61,201 nucleotides of DNA, taken from assembly GCA_037443165.1 (NCBI GenBank), contig JBBIOW010000001.1:2779-63979 (forward strand), written 5' to 3'. The translations under genes and the position numbers were made by a program. Below the pieces are notes generated by a model. It was not told the origin of the DNA. It ran no database searches and saw nothing but the letters and a program-made list of their open reading frames with translations. Numbering within the stretch: the stretch's first letter is position 1; each line of letters opens with the position of its first letter. Source of the DNA: Nitrospiraceae bacterium. Its GTDB lineage: Bacteria; Nitrospirota; Nitrospiria; Nitrospirales; Nitrospiraceae. Positions 8,927-21,410 of this stretch are shown here, piece by piece.

Positions 8927-10246
8927 TCACCCGTCCCAACGTTCGCGCGCGACACCGGCCGCGGCGGCGCAGCGGGCGTTACGAAGCGGCTTGGGCAACG
9001 CTTCTTGTGAAATTGTTCCTCGCTTGACCAGATTGCCTCCCTCGAGCTTCGCCTGATACAACGCGCGGTAAGCCGCCTTGATCACCGCGTCCGGTTGGAC
9101 GGCGGCGTCGTTTCGTTCGGCGACACCGATGCTGATCGTGACCGGCAATGCTTCGAGCGTGGAATCCGCGCCGTTTCGTCGGTCCTGCCGCCGACGAACC
9201 TGATCTCGCCCGCGCAGGACGAGATCCATAGTCTCCACGGCTTTTCTGATCCTCTCAAGGTCCGCCAGCGTATCGCCCGAGGATTTCCCGGGGAACAGCG
9301 CGGCGAAGTTGTCGCCTGCGTGGTGATAGACCTTCCCTCCCATGGATAGATCGGAGATGGTCGCCGCGACCAGACGGAGGATCTGACCGCCCACGATCTG
9401 CCCGTGCGCGTTGTTGTACGACTTGATCTGATCGATTTCCATGACCGCCACTGAATAGCGGCGCCCCAATCCCTTCAGGGCCGTATCGAACGCCTGCCGC
9501 CCCGGCATGCCGGTCGCTTCGTCGACATAGGCGGCCCTGTACGAGGCTTTGAGCAACGTCATGACGAGAATCAGGCCGGCAGTCGTGAAAAAATTGGTCG
9601 GCTTCCAGCCGTACTTGGTCCCTTGCAGCGCGACGAAGACCGCGAGCACGGCCCAGACAAACCCGCTTTCGATGGCGTTTCTATTGACGACGAACCGGGA
9701 CGCCTGTAACGCCAGGGCCGTACCCGACGCCAACAGCGCCGGCTGCGCGATCGGCGTCCAGACGGTGAGAGCAGGATCGACGTAAGCGAACTCCAACGCC
9801 GCCGCGAATTCCGACGGCTCCGCACGACAAAACCCGGCCACCAACAGCGGCTGAAGCAGAATGAGCGCGGCGCGGATCCCCGTTCGTGGAGTCAACACGC
9901 CGTCCTCGGTAATCAGGGACAGCGCAAGCAGATTCAGCGGGAGCAGGAACGCGGCCGCCTGAAAGACAATGCGGCCGACATCCGTCGCCGCCGCATCGCC
10001 GCTCGCGAAGAGCCACAACGACCTGTCCGCCAAGGCCAGCATGAGAATGGCCAGCACGATCCGGCTGCGATCGAACAGCCAGCCGAACAGAAGCCCGAAC
10101 GCCAGCGTGATCAGCGGAAAGACTCCGACGAGCGGCTGAAGCCAGCCGGGCAGTCCTCTGGGGCGCAGAAAGCCCAGGGCGAGGAGCAGGAGAAATCCGC
10201 CGGGCATGATAAAGGAACAGGTCAGTTTCCACACCGACACACCCAC
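8927..10246 (-). CDS. multi-pass membrane protein with a degenerate GGDEF domain
   Basis: About 230 aa of TM helices, then DEATGMPGRQAF...MEIDQIKSYNNAHGQIVGGQIL...HHAGDNFAALF...ISIGVA...AYRALYQAKLEGGNLV. The signature reads AGDNF instead of GG(D/E)EF. Confidence 0.8.
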   Translation of the reverse strand: MGVSVWKLTCSFIMPGGFLLLLALGFLRPRGLPGWLQPLVGVFPLITLAFGLLFGWLFDRSRIVLAILMLALADRSLWLFASGDAAATDVGRIVFQAAAFLLPLNLLALSLITEDGVLTPRTGIRAALILLQPLLVAGFCRAEPSEFAAALEFAYVDPALTVWTPIAQPALLASGTALALQASRFVVNRNAIESGFVWAVLAVFVALQGTKYGWKPTNFFTTAGLILVMTLLKASYRAAYVDEATGMPGRQAFDTALKGLGRRYSVAVMEIDQIKSYNNAHGQIVGGQILRLVAATISDLSMGGKVYHHAGDNFAALFPGKSSGDTLADLERIRKAVETMDLVLRGRDQVRRRQDRRNGADSTLEALPVTISIGVAERNDAAVQPDAVIKAAYRALYQAKLEGGNLVKRGTISQEALPKPLRNARCAAAAGVARERWDG

Positions 10247-10465
10247 CGGTCCCCCATCTAACTAACGGTGAGTAAGCGATCTGTACCGTAACTTGTCCCG
10301 GCGGTGCCAGAAGCGTACCAGGGTCGCTGCGGAAAATGCGTGGAAAACACGCCTGTCAGCAGGCATTTGGCCATCGCCAATGGACGATGAGCCGGACTCT
10401 CGCCTTGCGCAAGCGAAGTTGAAGGGCACAGCAGACAGGCGGTTGTTCTCTTTTGAACGGAACGG

Positions 10466-11677
10466 TCAGGAGCGGTCGCACGGGATGAGTCGGAGGGTAC
10501 CGGTGGCGGGATCGACAGAGACCGTAATGGTTCCGGCGAGCACGCCGAGCAGCGTCTCCCCGGCCAACTGACGACGCCACCCGCGCAGAATGGGAAGGTC
10601 GGGATACTCTCGACGGCGTGCGGCTTCGGCCAGCGCCTGGAGATCGGCGGATGTGGCCAGCAGCGTCGGGGCCATGTCTTCTTCGACCGCCCGGGCTTTG
10701 AGCACCGCCTGCAGGAGTTCCACGAGGCCGGCTGATTCCGGTTCGGGTTTGCGCTCGCGCGGAACAGCCGGCCATGCAGACGGCGGAAGCGCCAAGGCAC
10801 GGCGCACAACAGCCAACAGCGCCTCTCCGTTGCGTTCGATCTCAGACGGATGAAGCCCCCGGACGGAGCGCAATTCGTCCAAGGTCTTGGGCGTCTGGCG
10901 GGCGAGCTGGAGCAGCACTTCATCGCGCGCCACGCGACCACGCGGGATGTTGCGTCTCCGGGCTTCGGCTTCGCGCCAAGCCGATAACTCTCGGAGCACG
11001 GCGGCGGCCCGCGGCTTCAGGTTGTCCCATCCACGAATGCGCTGGTACCGGTCCTGCGGCTCCTCGACCCGTTGCCCGATGGCTTCCCGCAGTCGCGCGA
11101 ATTCCTCGTGCACCCAGTCGTGCCGGCCGAGTTTCTGCAAGCGCGACCGGAGATGATCATGAATCGGAAGAAGGAACTGCACGTCTTCCAACGCATAAGC
11201 CAGTTGTTCCTCCGTCAGCGGGCGTTGGCTCCAGTTGGTGAACGTATGCGACTTGGCCAACTTGGCACCGTGAAGCCGCTGCACGAGATGCGCGTACGCC
11301 ACCTGAGCGCCGTAACCGACCATCGCCGCGGCGATCTGTGTGTCGAAGAACGGCGTCGGGACCCGGCCCGCATACGTCGTGAACAGTTCCAGATCCTGCC
11401 GTCCGGCGTGCAGGATTTTTTCGATGCGTGGATCGCAGATTACCTCCCAGAGACAGTCCAGCTTGCCCTGGGAGTGAAGCGCAGGAAAGTCGATGGCGGC
11501 GGCGACCCCATCGGTGGCGACTTGAATCAGCTCAAGACGGGGGACGAACGTGTTTTCCCCCACGAACTCCGTATCGAGCGCCAGACGAGCGCTTTGGCGG
11601 AGACGGCTGCAGAGCCGTTCCAGACCGGCGGCATCGGTGATGTATTGGGATCGGTGAGAGTCCGTCAACGAGGTCAT
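10466..11677 (-). CDS. rnd: ribonuclease D
   Basis: DEDD 3'-5' exonuclease motifs (LALDTEFVGENTF, ILHAGRQDLE, YALEDVQFL) followed by an HRDC-like region. Confidence 0.9.
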   Translation of the reverse strand: MTSLTDSHRSQYITDAAGLERLCSRLRQSARLALDTEFVGENTFVPRLELIQVATDGVAAAIDFPALHSQGKLDCLWEVICDPRIEKILHAGRQDLELFTTYAGRVPTPFFDTQIAAAMVGYGAQVAYAHLVQRLHGAKLAKSHTFTNWSQRPLTEEQLAYALEDVQFLLPIHDHLRSRLQKLGRHDWVHEEFARLREAIGQRVEEPQDRYQRIRGWDNLKPRAAAVLRELSAWREAEARRRNIPRGRVARDEVLLQLARQTPKTLDELRSVRGLHPSEIERNGEALLAVVRRALALPPSAWPAVPRERKPEPESAGLVELLQAVLKARAVEEDMAPTLLATSADLQALAEAARRREYPDLPILRGWRRQLAGETLLGVLAGTITVSVDPATGTLRLIPCDRS

Positions 11678-12303
11678 TCCGTCGGATTGTACCGGGCGTC
11701 TTGCGCGCGAGGCGGCTCAGTGGCGCTCAGACTCAAGTGTTCCTTGAGGAACTGATAGGCTTCGATAATCCGACGCAATTCAGGTTCTGAGCTGCGATCG
11801 CCCTTGCGAGCGTCGGGATGAAGTTTCTTGGCGCGCTCGCGAAACGCGGCGGTCACCGCCGCCAGCGAACTGCCGTATTGCAGCCCCAAGGCGTCGAAGG
11901 CTTCGGTGGCGTTGTTGATCTCGCCTCGCACGCCGGACGGGTCTCCGCCCCCGCCGGCGGCTTTCAGGAAATCCGCCAGATTGATCCGCCGCCGGCGCCG
12001 CCGGGGTCGCTCGCGCGCTTCGCTGTCCAATTCCTCCCAACGGTCCTCGATGAACTCGAGGCGCGCTTCCAGACGGAGGGCCCCGGACAGGTCGCAGATA
12101 TGCGGCAGCTCTTCCTCGATCAGCTTCAAGGTCCGGTCGATTTCCTCCAGGCCTTGTTCGATCCGGAAGTAGCTGTCGACGCGTTCCTGCATCATGTGGT
12201 CGATCGCGAAATCCAGGCTGTCTTCGGTTTTGAGACGGAGCGACTCGATGCGGCGGCGCATCCCGGTCTGATACTTGGCGAGTTTGGTGGCGGAGAACGG
12301 CAC
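11674..12303 (-). CDS. J-domain (DnaJ-like) protein with an N-terminal coiled-coil region
   Basis: C-terminal J domain AFDALGLQYGSSLAAVTAAFRERAKKLHPDARKGD...RRIIEAYQFL (HPD motif). Its stop overlaps the rnd start (ATGA). Confidence 0.75.
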   Translation of the reverse strand: MPFSATKLAKYQTGMRRRIESLRLKTEDSLDFAIDHMMQERVDSYFRIEQGLEEIDRTLKLIEEELPHICDLSGALRLEARLEFIEDRWEELDSEARERPRRRRRRINLADFLKAAGGGGDPSGVRGEINNATEAFDALGLQYGSSLAAVTAAFRERAKKLHPDARKGDRSSEPELRRIIEAYQFLKEHLSLSATEPPRAQDARYNPTE

Positions 12304-12507
12304 GATTCCTCGTCAGGAACACTTGCCCGACATCAGGACGGTCGCCATTCTAGCACAACCGTTGGATAGGCCGCACCGCCGCGCAGGGAACCCATCCGGC
12401 ATGTTCGGTATTGCCGGCGTGCGGGGTCCGGTGCTACACTCCCGCCCCGCCGCCGTCAGGCTGAGCGAGAGCTTCACCTCAATAATAATTCTCGTCGTGG
12501 AGGCGTC

Positions 12508-13002
12508 ATGATCGGTGTGATGCGTGTGCTCGCGATCGGGTTGGCGATCACCACATGGGCCGCATCGGGCTATGCGTCCGATCCGTCCGGCTACGGCCAG
12601 CCTGGAGGAGAGTTCGATATCCGGATCCCGCGCGTGCCGGCGGACCAACTGGCTGAAGCGAGGGCGACGAAGCCGCCCTTCGCGCCGACGCCGGAAGTGC
12701 TCGCCGAAGGCAAAGCGATCTTTCTGGGCCGCGGCACCTGCTTCCAGTGCCACGGTCCGGAAGGCAGGGGCGACGGAGGCGCCGCCAAGGTGCTCCCGAT
12801 TCAGCCGCGCAACTTTACCAACCCCACATTCAAAAAGCTCCGGACACCCGGCGAGCTGATGTGGGTGCTGAAAAACGGAAGCTTGGGCCAATCGGGGAAA
12901 GTGCCGGGGACCGGCATGCTGCCGATCGTCGGGCAGTTCTTGAGTGAAGAAGACGGCTGGAAGGTCTTGCTCTATGAATTGAGCCTCGGCGGGACGGAGT
13001 GA
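12508..13002 (+). CDS. c-type cytochrome (class I-like)
   Basis: Signal peptide, a single CFQCHG heme-binding motif, and a downstream GTGMLP candidate Met ligand. Confidence 0.8.
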   Translation: MIGVMRVLAIGLAITTWAASGYASDPSGYGQPGGEFDIRIPRVPADQLAEARATKPPFAPTPEVLAEGKAIFLGRGTCFQCHGPEGRGDGGAAKVLPIQPRNFTNPTFKKLRTPGELMWVLKNGSLGQSGKVPGTGMLPIVGQFLSEEDGWKVLLYELSLGGTE

Positions 13003-13005
13003 TCC

Positions 13006-14460
13006 TTAGTCCCTCGGCACCTCGTCGCTCGGTCGGGAGCGGCGGCGCGCCACCCCCGTATCCCGTGCCGCCGCCGCCACTGCTTTGGCCACCTTCGGCA
13101 CCACTTCTTTATCGAACACGCTGGGGATGATGTAATCCTCGCTGAGCGCCGCTTCCGGGACGACCTCGGCGATGGCCTGCGCGGCCGCCAGCTTCATCGC
13201 CTCGTTGATGTCCCGCGCCTGGACGTCCAGCGCGCCCCGGAAGATGCCGGGGAACGCCAGCGCGTTGTTGATCTGGTTGGGGTGATCGGAGCGGCCGGTC
13301 GCGAAGATGCGGCAATGGGGCGTGGCCAGTTGGGGAGCGATTTCCGGATCGGGATTGGCCATCGCAAACACAATCCGATCCGGCACCATGAGATCCAGAT
13401 CCTCGGGCTTCAGGATGTTGCCGACCGACAGGCCGATGAACACGTCGGCGCCCTTCAAGGCATCCTGCAGCGTGCCTTGAGGCCGATCCCTGTGGATCCG
13501 CTCGCTGAGATCGCTTCTGGACGCACGCAGTTGGTCCGCTTCGCCGGTCAACACGATCCCCTCGGGCTCGCATCCGATCAGATGCGAGACGCCGGCCGCC
13601 AGCAGCATGCGGCAGCAAGCGGTTCCCGCCGCGCCCAGCCCGTTCACCACGACGCGAATCTCTTCCATCCGTTTCTTGACCACCTTCAGGGCGTTGGTCA
13701 AAGCGGCCAGGATGACGACGGCGGTGCCGTGTTGATCGTCGTGCATGACCGGAATGTCCAACGCCGCCTTGAGCCGCCGCTCGATCTCGAAACAGCGGGG
13801 AGCGCTGATGTCCTCCAAGTTGACGGCGCCGAAGCCGGGCGCGATCCCTTGGACGATGCGCACGATCTCGTCGGCGTCCTGGGTGCTCACACAGATCGGC
13901 CAGGCGTCGATGCCCGCGAATTCCCGGAACAGCATGGCTTTGCCTTCCATCACCGGCAGAGCCGCTTCCGGACCGAGATTGCCCAAACCCAGGACCGCCG
14001 AGCCGTCGGTCACGATGGCGACGCTGTTGCTCTTGATCGTGAACGCATAGGCCTTGGTCCGATCCTTCGCGATGGCCTCCGCCACCCGGCCAACCCCCGG
14101 CGTGTACACGGTGGACAGGATGTTGCGGGTGGTGAGCGGGAGCTTGCTTTGAACCCGGAGTTTCCCCCCCAGATGCAGCAGGAAAATGCGATCCGAAGCC
14201 GACAGGACGCGGACGCCGGGCAGCGTTCCCAGCCGCTTCAACACGCGCTCGCCGTGCGCCTCGTTCTGGACGTCGAAGGTCACGTCGCGCACCATTTTTT
14301 CGGCGCTGGCCGACACGATGTCGACGGCGCCCAGGTTGGCGCCCTCCTCGGCCAGGGTGGTGGCGACTTGGGCGAACATGCCGGGCCGGTTGCCCAGCTC
14401 CAGGCGAACGGTCAACCGGTAGTTGGAATAGGGGCCTGCATCATTCACGGCGCGCGTCAT
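13006..14460 (-). CDS. NAD(P)-dependent malic enzyme with an N-terminal ACT domain
   Basis: ACT-like RLTVRLELGNRPGMFAQVATTLAEEGANLGAVDIV, followed by the malic enzyme core (VYTPGVG, VTDGSAVLGLGNLG, NLEDISAPRCFEIE, DDQHGTAVV, VVNGLGAAG). Confidence 0.9.
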   Translation of the reverse strand: MTRAVNDAGPYSNYRLTVRLELGNRPGMFAQVATTLAEEGANLGAVDIVSASAEKMVRDVTFDVQNEAHGERVLKRLGTLPGVRVLSASDRIFLLHLGGKLRVQSKLPLTTRNILSTVYTPGVGRVAEAIAKDRTKAYAFTIKSNSVAIVTDGSAVLGLGNLGPEAALPVMEGKAMLFREFAGIDAWPICVSTQDADEIVRIVQGIAPGFGAVNLEDISAPRCFEIERRLKAALDIPVMHDDQHGTAVVILAALTNALKVVKKRMEEIRVVVNGLGAAGTACCRMLLAAGVSHLIGCEPEGIVLTGEADQLRASRSDLSERIHRDRPQGTLQDALKGADVFIGLSVGNILKPEDLDLMVPDRIVFAMANPDPEIAPQLATPHCRIFATGRSDHPNQINNALAFPGIFRGALDVQARDINEAMKLAAAQAIAEVVPEAALSEDYIIPSVFDKEVVPKVAKAVAAAARDTGVARRRSRPSDEVPRD

Positions 14461-14699
14461 CCTCGCGTGTTATCGAGAGATTATCACATTTTGGCGGCTC
14501 TGGCCCAATAGGAATGGTCGCCGGCTTCGTGGAAAACCGCTAGGCCCTTTCTAGGTGACACTGTTCCCTTGCTAACCCCCAAGCCTCGTCCAGTAGGAAG
14601 GCAGTTGACTTTTGCGGGAGTTTTAGATTACCGTACCGCCCCATCTGTCGCGGCGAATCCCTAGAATACATTCATGTGCCGAAAGGAGGTGAACTCATC

Positions 14700-14867
14700 A
14701 TGAAGCGGATCATGACGGCGTTCTTGGCAGTCGCTATCCTCGTGGCCTTCACCGCTCCGTCCTTCGCCGGCGAGAAGAAGGAAGAGAAAGAGAAGAAGGG
14801 TGGTAAGCTTGTCCAGCTCGTGTACGGTGAGGAGAAGAAGGAAGAGAAGAAGAAGGGCGGCAAGTAA
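14700..14867 (+). CDS. small secreted Lys/Glu-rich repeat peptide
   Basis: MKRIMTAFLAVAILVAFTAPSFAG signal, then two copies of EKKEEK.KKGGK. SD gaaaggaggtga is upstream and a terminator follows. Confidence 0.5.
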   Translation: MKRIMTAFLAVAILVAFTAPSFAGEKKEEKEKKGGKLVQLVYGEEKKEEKKKGGK

Positions 14868-14917
14868 GCGGAAAGGCACCACGCAGCTTCACTCTCTCCA
14901 TACGTGCGTTCTTGGTT

Positions 14918-14960
14918 GGCCCGCATTCCGGCACCTCAAGGATGCGGGCCAATTTTTTTC
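14918..14960 (+). terminator. rho-independent terminator
   Basis: 9-bp stem ggcccgcat / atgcgggcc followed by aattttttt. Confidence 0.65.
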
Positions 14961-15092
14961 TTCCGACAGCCGGCTTCCTCATCTTCGCACCGGCTCCCTC
15001 TTCCGCAGCGCAACCGCCAGCGAAACGGGATCGGAATCAACGACAGCCGAATCGGCCCGTTGACCCACGTCGAGCGGGATGTTACGGTGAAC

Positions 15093-18800
<3,708 letters not shown>

Positions 18801-18838
18801 GATACAGCGAGCGAGTGTCGTTCATGGAGGAGCGATCG

Positions 18839-19429
18839 ATGTTGGGAACTCAGCCGATCAACAACGTGTTCATCTGGCTGCTGTGCCTCGGGATGCTGTC
18901 ATGGGGAAGCGGTTGCGCGAGCCGTTCGTCAACCGTCAAGGCGGTGCAATCCCAAGAGCCCGCCGGACGGACTCCGACGATCGAGGAGCGGGTCGCGGCG
19001 CCGCCGTTGAAAGAAATCCCGCCCCCTGAATCTCCGCTCGTCTCGTCCCGCGTCGCACCTCGGCCGCCCGACATGTCGGACGAGCGGCCGACCACGCGAT
19101 ATTTGCTCGATATCCCCTTCGACTTCGATCAGGCCAGCCTGCGGCTCGACGCCATCGCGATGGTCGAGGCGAACGCCCGACGCCTGCAGGAAGACGGCAT
19201 CAGGAAGGTCTTGCTGGAGGGCCGGGCCGATGAAATCGGGACATCCGAATACAATCTGGTGCTGGGCGAACGCCGCGCGCGGGGGGTGAAACACTATCTC
19301 GAGAGCCTTGGACTGGTCCCGCTCGTCATCGACACGACGAGCTACGGCAAGGACCGGCCCCTCTGCACCCAGCACAGCGCCGAATGCTGGCAGAAGAACC
19401 GCAGCGTCCGCTTCGTCGTCCGCGAGTAA
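18839..19429 (+). CDS. pal: peptidoglycan-associated lipoprotein (OmpA-family C-terminal domain)
   Basis: Lipobox LSWGSGC. OmpA-like FDFDQASLR...LEGRADEIGTSEYNLVLGERRA...NRSVRFVV. ATG is preceded by ggagga; the track ORF is extended upstream to 18401. Confidence 0.85.
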   Translation: MLGTQPINNVFIWLLCLGMLSWGSGCASRSSTVKAVQSQEPAGRTPTIEERVAAPPLKEIPPPESPLVSSRVAPRPPDMSDERPTTRYLLDIPFDFDQASLRLDAIAMVEANARRLQEDGIRKVLLEGRADEIGTSEYNLVLGERRARGVKHYLESLGLVPLVIDTTSYGKDRPLCTQHSAECWQKNRSVRFVVRE

Positions 19430-19632
19430 GACTCCCCGTCCTTCCCGCGCGCCGCTTCGGGCTGCCCTTTCTCTTGTCCTCTCAAACGGTTCGCTTGTCC
19501 GATCCTGCCGAAACCCGTGTGACCGTTGTCCCACCTCCCCCTCTCTTCTGAATGCGATTGTTTACCAGGATTTAACAGTCCGGTGACAAAGCGGGAACGA
19601 AGCGCCGGTATCGTCTGACGTGTAGAAAGACA

Positions 19633-19667
19633 GAGGCGCGAGGCCGGAGGCCCGAGGCTAGAGGTCG
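19633..19667 (+). repeat. tandem heptanucleotide repeat GAGGYNN x5
   Basis: Units are gaggcgc gaggccg gaggccc gaggcta gaggtcg. It shares the 11-mer gaggctagagg with the reverse complement of 28037-28047. Confidence 0.8.
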
Positions 19668-19692
19668 GGGTCTCTAAAGGGGGTGAACCATA

Positions 19693-19908
19693 ATGGAAGG
19701 CTTGGGGGATTCATTGCTCCTGCTCGGTATCGGAGGCTCTCTGCTGGCTCTGTTGATCCACGCGATCATGACCTTGAGAGGGATGCGCGAAAAACTGATC
19801 TATCCTCTGCTGCGAGTCAAGGCGCCGGACGGCAGTGTGAGTCCGGTGGTGCGGGTCAGGCCGGACCGCCGTGGAGAGTTGCGGTCGCACCTGGCGTGCG
19901 CCGTCTGA
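19693..19908 (+). CDS. possible small membrane protein
   Basis: 71-aa ORF with hydrophobic LLLLGIGGSLLALLIHAI. Weak SD gggggtg. Confidence 0.3.
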   Translation: MEGLGDSLLLLGIGGSLLALLIHAIMTLRGMREKLIYPLLRVKAPDGSVSPVVRVRPDRRGELRSHLACAV

Positions 19909-19952
19909 GAGACGAGACAGCGTTCAACACCACAAACAAAGGAGACGAGAAG

Positions 19953-20336
19953 ATGGTTACCGTCAGCCAGCTGATGACACGGGATCTAGTGACGATCGAA
20001 GCCGGCACCTCAGTGGTCGAGGTCGCGAAGCTGATGAAGGACAGAAACATCGGCAGCGTGTTCGTCGAGCGGGACGGCGAGATCGTCGGGATCGTCACCG
20101 AACCGGACATCGTCCGAAAGGTCGTCGGAGCCGACCGCGGGCCGTACTTCATCCCCGTGGAAGAGATCATGAGCGCGCCGGTGATCGGGATTGACGAACG
20201 CCGCCCGGTGACCGAAGCGGCGGATCTGATGGAACAACATCGGACCCGTCACCTGGCGGTACGGCGAGGCAAGACGATCGTGGGCGTGCTCTCGGTGAGA
20301 GACCTCCTGCATCCGGTCTCGATCGACGAATTTTAG
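19953..20336 (+). CDS. CBS-pair domain protein
   Basis: Two CBS motifs (LMTRDLVTIEAGTSVVEVAKLMKDRNIGSVFV; IMSAPVIGIDERRPVTEAADLMEQHRTRHLAV). SD aaaggaga is upstream. Confidence 0.85.
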   Translation: MVTVSQLMTRDLVTIEAGTSVVEVAKLMKDRNIGSVFVERDGEIVGIVTEPDIVRKVVGADRGPYFIPVEEIMSAPVIGIDERRPVTEAADLMEQHRTRHLAVRRGKTIVGVLSVRDLLHPVSIDEF

Positions 20337-20358
20337 CCGTTCGACAACCGAGGCGATT

Positions 20359-20877
20359 ATGGCGAAGCTCGACACGGTATTTCCGGGATGGCACCGGATG
20401 CCAGCCGCTCCGCTGTCCCGGGCGGTCGCGCGCATGGCCGAGACCGACCTGACCGCCCTCTGGAGGAAGGGCATCAGGCTGGTACTCAGCTTGTTGATCC
20501 TGACCATCCTGGCTGGACTTGCCGGCGGTGTGGTCAAGACGTTCCTCGACCTCCGTTTGCTCTTCCATGCCGCCGTGGAAGTCGCCCTTCGCCAGATCAT
20601 CATCGATACCCTGGTCTTGCTGGCGCTGGTGGAGGTGTTCAAGACGACCTTCGCCTATTTCTCGGAAGGGCGAGTCAAAGTGACGTTTATCGTGGACACG
20701 GTGCTGGTCATGATGCTGACCGAAGTGATTTCGCAATGGTTCAAAGATGGACCCTGGGCGCGCCTCGCGATGCTGGGTGCCATCCTGCTGACATTGGGGG
20801 CAATGCGGGTGGTGGCGGTCCGGTACTCGCCGACGCCGAACGACGCCGCGGCACGGCCGGCCGAACCGCTCTTTTGA
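20359..20877 (+). CDS. PsiE-like (phosphate-starvation-inducible E family) membrane protein
   Basis: Four-helix membrane protein whose central LLALVEVFKTTFAYF...VKVTFIVDTVL resembles PsiE-family proteins (from memory). Confidence 0.55.
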   Translation: MAKLDTVFPGWHRMPAAPLSRAVARMAETDLTALWRKGIRLVLSLLILTILAGLAGGVVKTFLDLRLLFHAAVEVALRQIIIDTLVLLALVEVFKTTFAYFSEGRVKVTFIVDTVLVMMLTEVISQWFKDGPWARLAMLGAILLTLGAMRVVAVRYSPTPNDAAARPAEPLF

Positions 20878-20898
20878 GTCGAATGCCGGAGGTGTGAC

Positions 20899-21132
20899 AT
20901 GGATCTTCAGACCGCAACGAACGAAACATTGGTGATGATGATCCTGGAACGCGAGCGGAGGCTCCGGCTTGACCAGGTCGTCGCCCGGCTCCCGCAGCTC
21001 AGTTGGAACCAGGTGTTTCAGGCCGTGGACAGCTTGAGCCGCCGCGGCGCCATTCTGTTGAAGCGACGGGGGTTCGAGTACGAACTGAGTCCCGCGACGC
21101 GCCGGCCGCATGCGTCGTCCGGCGCCGCATGA
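20899..21132 (+). CDS. small hypothetical protein (possible winged-helix fold)
   Basis: 77-aa ORF. Its stop overlaps the next start (ATGA). Confidence 0.4.
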   Translation: MDLQTATNETLVMMILERERRLRLDQVVARLPQLSWNQVFQAVDSLSRRGAILLKRRGFEYELSPATRRPHASSGAA

Positions 21133-21410
21133 GCGTCCCGATCCCCTTGCCGGCCGACCGGCGGACAGAGACGGACATCCATTCCGTGCATGACGCGCAG
21201 GATCGCGCCGGCGAGGCTGGGCCGGCCGGAAGACATCGACAGGGCTCCGGCATCATCGTCTTCTCTTCGTCGTTGAAACTCCTTCACAAGAACCGCCGCG
21301 CCGAGGAACTGACGGCCTTGCTGACCGCGAAGGACGCGGCCCCTCCTTCCGACATCCTGCCTGCATCCCTTGTGTGTAATCACTGTGGTCTCCAGGCCAC
21401 AGCGACTTGA
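21129..21410 (+). CDS. hypothetical protein
   Basis: 93 aa starting MSVPIPLPADRR. ATGA overlap with the upstream ORF. No domain recognised. Confidence 0.35.
   Translation: MSVPIPLPADRRTETDIHSVHDAQDRAGEAGPAGRHRQGSGIIVFSSSLKLLHKNRRAEELTALLTAKDAAPPSDILPASLVCNHCGLQATAT

Noticed and set aside
13282-14511. 409-aa plus-strand ORF. Similar cases are 15405-16724 (-), 45163-46389 (+), 59859-61184 (+), 17082-17693 (-) and 24839-25813 (-).
   Set aside because: Each is antisense to a gene with clear family motifs: malic enzyme, YyaL fusion, barrel protein, motA/cheW and gspE. Each has a GC-frame artefact composition.
14904-15092. Upstream extension of the YyaL-fusion ORF (track start 14904)
   Set aside because: The extension runs through the intrinsic terminator of the preceding small gene (14918-14960) and is Arg/Pro/Ser-rich. 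The conserved family N-terminus ([14 protein letters not shown]) begins shortly after the ATG at 15093. Similar upstream over-extensions were trimmed for pal (18401), gspF (26356), gspG (27851), gspK (33158), gspC (21657) and the CBS gene (19683).
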